DNA of 64,000 bases from the NCBI GenBank assembly GCA_043228905.1, contig JBHGNT010000006.1, positions 10,106,001 to 10,170,000 of the forward strand. The letters run 5' to 3'. Each line of letters begins with the position of its first letter. Within the stretch, counting starts at the first letter, position 1. The notes under the pieces are model-generated. The model ran no database searches, was not told the origin of the DNA, and was given only the letters and a program-made list of their open reading frames with translations. The position numbers and the translations under genes are program-made. This document shows positions 59,647-64,000 of the stretch, one piece after another. Source of the DNA: Azolla caroliniana. Lineage: Eukaryota; Plantae; Polypodiophyta.

Positions 59647-62600
59647 ATAACCCCCAGACTAAACAGGTCCAAGTAAGCCAACATGTCAAGTTTGATGAAT
59701 CGACATCATGGTACTCTCTACTGACTCCAACTTCTGACTTCGGCCCGATTCTGAAGGATGAAGAACCGGCGAGTAGTGGAGACTCTGTCATGCTCTCCAG
59801 GCGTAAGGAGCCGAGGAGACGGTTCACGCGCAAAGAGAAAGGGAAGAAGAAGATGTCGAAATACGATATCGGTAGTGAAGGGCAGATCAGAGCGAATCTG
59901 ACCCCAGAAAGGGAGAAGGCGGATCTTCAGAAATGAAGCCCGAACCAGCCAAGAAGGGCCTCAAACCGGGTCGAGCACTGAGGGCTGAGTACCGAGGCGC
60001 TACCATTGCCAATTCTGAAGCCATCTAGCTTCAGTGACTGCTACGAGACCTCCGGATCGAGGTGCCGACCCAGATCCTGACTGTTATACTAACACGGTAT
60101 AGCTAGGAAGCTAGTCGGATATACCGATGCCGATTGCGCTGATGATGCATTGGACCGTCGATCCACCTCCGGTTACATGGTTTCTCTTGGTAGCGCGGTT
60201 GTTGCATGGAGCAGCAAAAAGCTGCCAACAGTGGCTCTATCAAGTATTGAGGCTGAGTACCGAGGCGCTACCATTGCCACCAGTGAAGCCATCTAGCTTC
60301 GGCGATTGCTGCGAGACCTCCGGATCGAGGTGCCGACCCCGATCCTGATTTATTGTGACAACGTAAGCAGCATACAGCTCGTCAAGAACCCTGTATTCCA
60401 TGCTCGGAAAAAGCACATAGAAGTGCATTATTACTTTGTTCGTGAGTGGGTCCTAAGCGGTGAAGTTGAACTTCGGTATGTTCATACGGATCGGCAGGTT
60501 GCCGACATCTTCACCAAGCCGCTCGGATTGGACAAGTTGCAACATTTTTCGGAGATGCTCAGCATTCAACATCTCGATGTGCCGCACTTGAGGGGGAGAA
60601 CAAGAACGGATGGCACCGGACAAGGAGCCGGAGAGGAAGAAAGAACCAAGGGGGGAGATGAGTAGATAAAGGAAGCCGAACCGACCGAAGGAGACGGCAC
60701 ATCCGAACAAGTCAGAGCAAGCGACAATGGCGACAGAGTTAAGAAGGACAGAGCTGACCAAAAGAAGGCCAAGACCCGGACGTGGTCCGATGTGGTGAAG
60801 GGCCTAAAAGCGGAAGACGAGTTGGAGACTACCAACTCGAACAAGAGCTAGAACGAATCGGAGGAAGCCGATTTGGCTCAATTGTTGGATTCGCAAGAGC
60901 CGGATCAACTAAAGGCCAAGCGGACAAGAAGGCAGCAGAAGTCGACATCGACATGGAGGAACCGATGGGTTGACAAGCCAACCAAGGAGGTCGAGGTGCG
61001 CAGCACCGGACGGGTCATGGGAAGCAGAACTGGACCAGACGAGGAGAGCGAGCAAGTGGGAGGACGCCAGAAGGAGTCGAACGGAAGAACTGGCTACCAC
61101 AGAAACTGACACCACGATCCAACCTCAAGTTGAGCTTGAGGGGGAGTGTTGAGTGAGCAAGCTCAACTGGATCTAGATCGGCTGAATAAGCCAGAGTTGG
61201 ATCGGTATCCGGAACGAATAGCCGGATGATATCCGGAACTAGGAGCAATATCGGAGAGACGGATCGGGGAGCCGGATTCAAATGTGAACCGGAAGGCTAG
61301 TAGTAGCCTATACTCCTAGACTACTAGGTAGTTAGAGTCCTCGTAGTTAGTGTCATCCGCTTGTATGAGCATTGAAGTACATAATACTTCTATCAGTTCT
61401 TTTGAGGACTTGTATAAATATTGTTGTTTAGCACGTTGTAGTTACACAGTTATAGAGTGTTATTTTTTAATCGAGTTTATGCTCTCTCTCTATCTCTATC
61501 CCTCCCGTGTATGCTAAATATTCTCAATCTTCCATTGAACTTGTGTTTTCTATGCTCTGTTGTTGCCCGGGTAAACTAGTTTAGTCAAGCTTCCGCACGC
61601 TAACTTTTACACCAAATTTTCCAATTAAGTCGATTCAGATGGACAACGCTGCCGAGTTTACGTCAACAACCTTTATTTGCTATTACAAATCTATCGGTAT
61701 TAATTTTGAAGTTTCAATTCCTCATGTTCACACTCAAAATGGTGTGGCTAAATCTTTGATTAAACAAATCCAAGCAATTGTGCAGCCAATTCTTCTCAAA
61801 TCGAATTTGCCTAGTTCAACATGGGGACATGCAGTACTTCATGCACCGCAACTTCTCTGACTACGGCCGTCATCATATCATGTTTACTCTCCCCATCAAC
61901 TCATGATAGGTTTTCCACCCTCTATTTCTCATTTATGAGTATTTGGTTGTGCAATTTATGTTCCTATTTCTCCACATTCCCGTACGAAACTTGGTCCTCA
62001 ACGTCGACTCGGAATTTATGTTTCAACTCTCCTTCAACCATCTGCTATCTCCAACCTACAACTGACGATTTAGGGGATGATAACTAGAAAAGAGAAACAT
62101 TAGTAAAGATTGATCAAAGTCTAATGTTTAATTGGCCCAAGGATAAACCAGTACCACTAGATCCTTATACCGAAGAGGGGGAGAAAGAAGTTCAACGAAT
62201 ATTACATCTACAAAGTATTGCCAACAATGCACGAGATGCTTTTGTTGACACTTTCAATATGAAGGTCTCTAACATTAATCCTGCTCGAATTTCGATTGAC
62301 GAATCACCGACACATGTTGTAGAATCTCAAAGGAAGCGTGGGCAGCCTATCAGAGCAAAAGATAAACAATTAAGAAAGCGAAAACCAACAACTAAGGTTG
62401 AGATTGAAGTTCCTATAGTATAAAATAGGACAATTAGTGAAGAGTCTCCAATTGCTAATTATGCTAATTCTAAGTTAATAACATGACAAGAGGTTAATGA
62501 TATCTTCATTTTCTATGTCGAAGCAACTTTCCAGAACGAATCGGATCCTCAAACTATTCAAGAAGCAAAAGCATCTCCTTTTTGGGATAAGTGGAAAGAA

Positions 62601-63794
62601 GCTATTCAGGCTGAGCTAAATAGTCTTCTCAAACGAGGAGTTTTTGGTAAAATTCAAGAGGCACCTATTGGTCATACACATGTTGGCTATCGTTGGGTTT
62701 TTGTGCGGAAGCGTAATGATAAAGGAGAAGTTATTCGTTATAAGGCAAGGTTTGTTGCTCAAGGTTTCACGCAATGATTTGGTATTGATTATACTGATAT
62801 ATATTCTCTGGTTATGGATGCAACGAGTTTTCATTGGTTGATTCATTTTACTATTCAACGAAGTCTTCATATGCGTCTCATGGATGTGGTTACAACCTAT
62901 CTTTACGGTGACTTGGATAAAGATATATACATGAAGATACCTGAAGAACTTTGCAACTCTATGCAACTTGGAAAATTTTGCAGTCCATCGATCAAGTGTC
63001 GTATGGACTTAAATAAGTCGGTCATATGTGGTATCAACATCTCTTTCAATATGTTCTTTCTCATGGATTTAAAGATGATGATGATTTGTCCTTGCATATT
63101 TATCAAGCATCATCTCAAAGAATTTGTCATCATCTCTATTTATGTTGATGATCTCAATATTATTGGAACATCCAATGCTATTGAAAATGTTGTTGCTATG
63201 CTTAGCCGCCAATTTGATCCATACCAGAACTCGGTTTAACTACATTCTGCTTGGGTCTTCAGATCGAGCACCTATCTAATGGAATTCATCTTCATCAGAG
63301 CGCTAATATCCATAAATATTAAAATGGTTTTCTATGTATCAAGCTCATTTTATTAGAGCTCCTATGGCAGTGCGCTCTTTGGATCCTTCTCGTGACCCAT
63401 TTCGACCAAGATCTTCTAACGAGTCAACATTGGGACCATAGGATCCTTACATGGCTATTGTTGGTGCACTTATGTACTTGGCCAATTGTACGCATCCGGA
63501 CATTTCGTTCGCTGTCAATTTGTTGGCTCGGTATAGTCACGATCCTACCAGTCGACACTGGACTGGAATTTTAAGCAGATTTTCCGATATTTACGAGGCA
63601 CCAAAGATATGGGTATTTTCTTTACCAACGGTTCTATGCACGGTCAATTGACCGATTATTCTGACGTTGGGTTCTTATCTGACCCTCATGTTGGTAGATC
63701 ACAAACAAGATATGTTTTCCTTGTTGGTGGCACAACAATCTCTTGGCCATTGAGAAAGCAAACATTAGCTGCAACATCTTCAAATCATGTTGAG

Positions 63795-64000
63795 TGTCAC
63801 AGACATGACAACAGTCATGTCAAGATTTGAACTCTTGACCTCTTATATATAATCAAGTGTTATGTTCTAACCAACACGTCCAAATATATGGTCATGCTAT
63901 ATATATCTTAATAGATTATTTGTAGATTATCTATTTCAAGTTCTAGGACTTTTTAGAAAGTTCTAGAATTAGAAGGTTCTAGAGGGTTCTAGAATATTCT
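63795..64000 (+). mobile_element. Start of a Tcn1-like LTR inserted in Bianca RNase H
   Basis: TGTCAC start, caagatttgaactc shared with C LTR, TTCTAGAA arrays. Confidence 0.7.

Larger units (their letters stand above)
50126..61611 (+). mobile_element. Degenerate Copia hosting four insertions; RT deleted
   Basis: LTRs 50126-51016 and 61147-61611, TSD CCAGA/CCAAA, PBS tgttatcagagc 51017, PPT 61135-61146. Confidence 0.93.
42460..63794 (+). mobile_element. Degenerate Bianca-lineage Copia; own sequence at 42460-43959, 49600-50125 and 61612-63794
   Basis: LTR TGTTATG..CATAACA (42460-42721), Bianca-type PBS CGTTATCA(A)CA(T)GA, gag LLVAEQ, IHGDIHG, MDNAAEFTS, YVDDLNIIG, SDPH.GRSQT, ATSSNH. Confidence 0.85.

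Noticed and set aside
1-64000. Many short antisense or overlapping ORFs in the track
   Set aside because: Shadow frames of GC-rich retroelement coding regions.

Overview
Gene-free, almost entirely transposon-derived plant heterochromatin. The element lineages and a captured BIG fragment suggest a bryophyte (inference). Left half (1-34.5 kb) is a six-deep nest: fungal-like Gypsy D > Tcn1-like chromovirus C > RTE/RTEX-like LINE > Gypsy B (same family as D) > OTA-like Gypsy A > an intact Copia with identical LTRs. Right half is a Bianca-type Copia carrying two Copias, one of which holds a further Copia, two solo LTRs and a SINE-like insertion. The only host sequence is a pseudogenised ~880 bp piece of BIG (UBR4 homologue) in a templated repair junction. 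Most notable signals: antisense tRNA-like A/B boxes at the U3 tip of all four Tcn1-like LTRs, heat-shock elements in the same LTRs, and a Tf1-like self-priming signal in element C; a LINE plus short element that both sit in (CT)n tracts; a ~927-codon extra ORF in Gypsy A; a slippery site with pseudoknot after gag-PR in Gypsy B; and a conserved stem enclosing the PPT in three Copia elements. All calls were made by eye, with no database searches.
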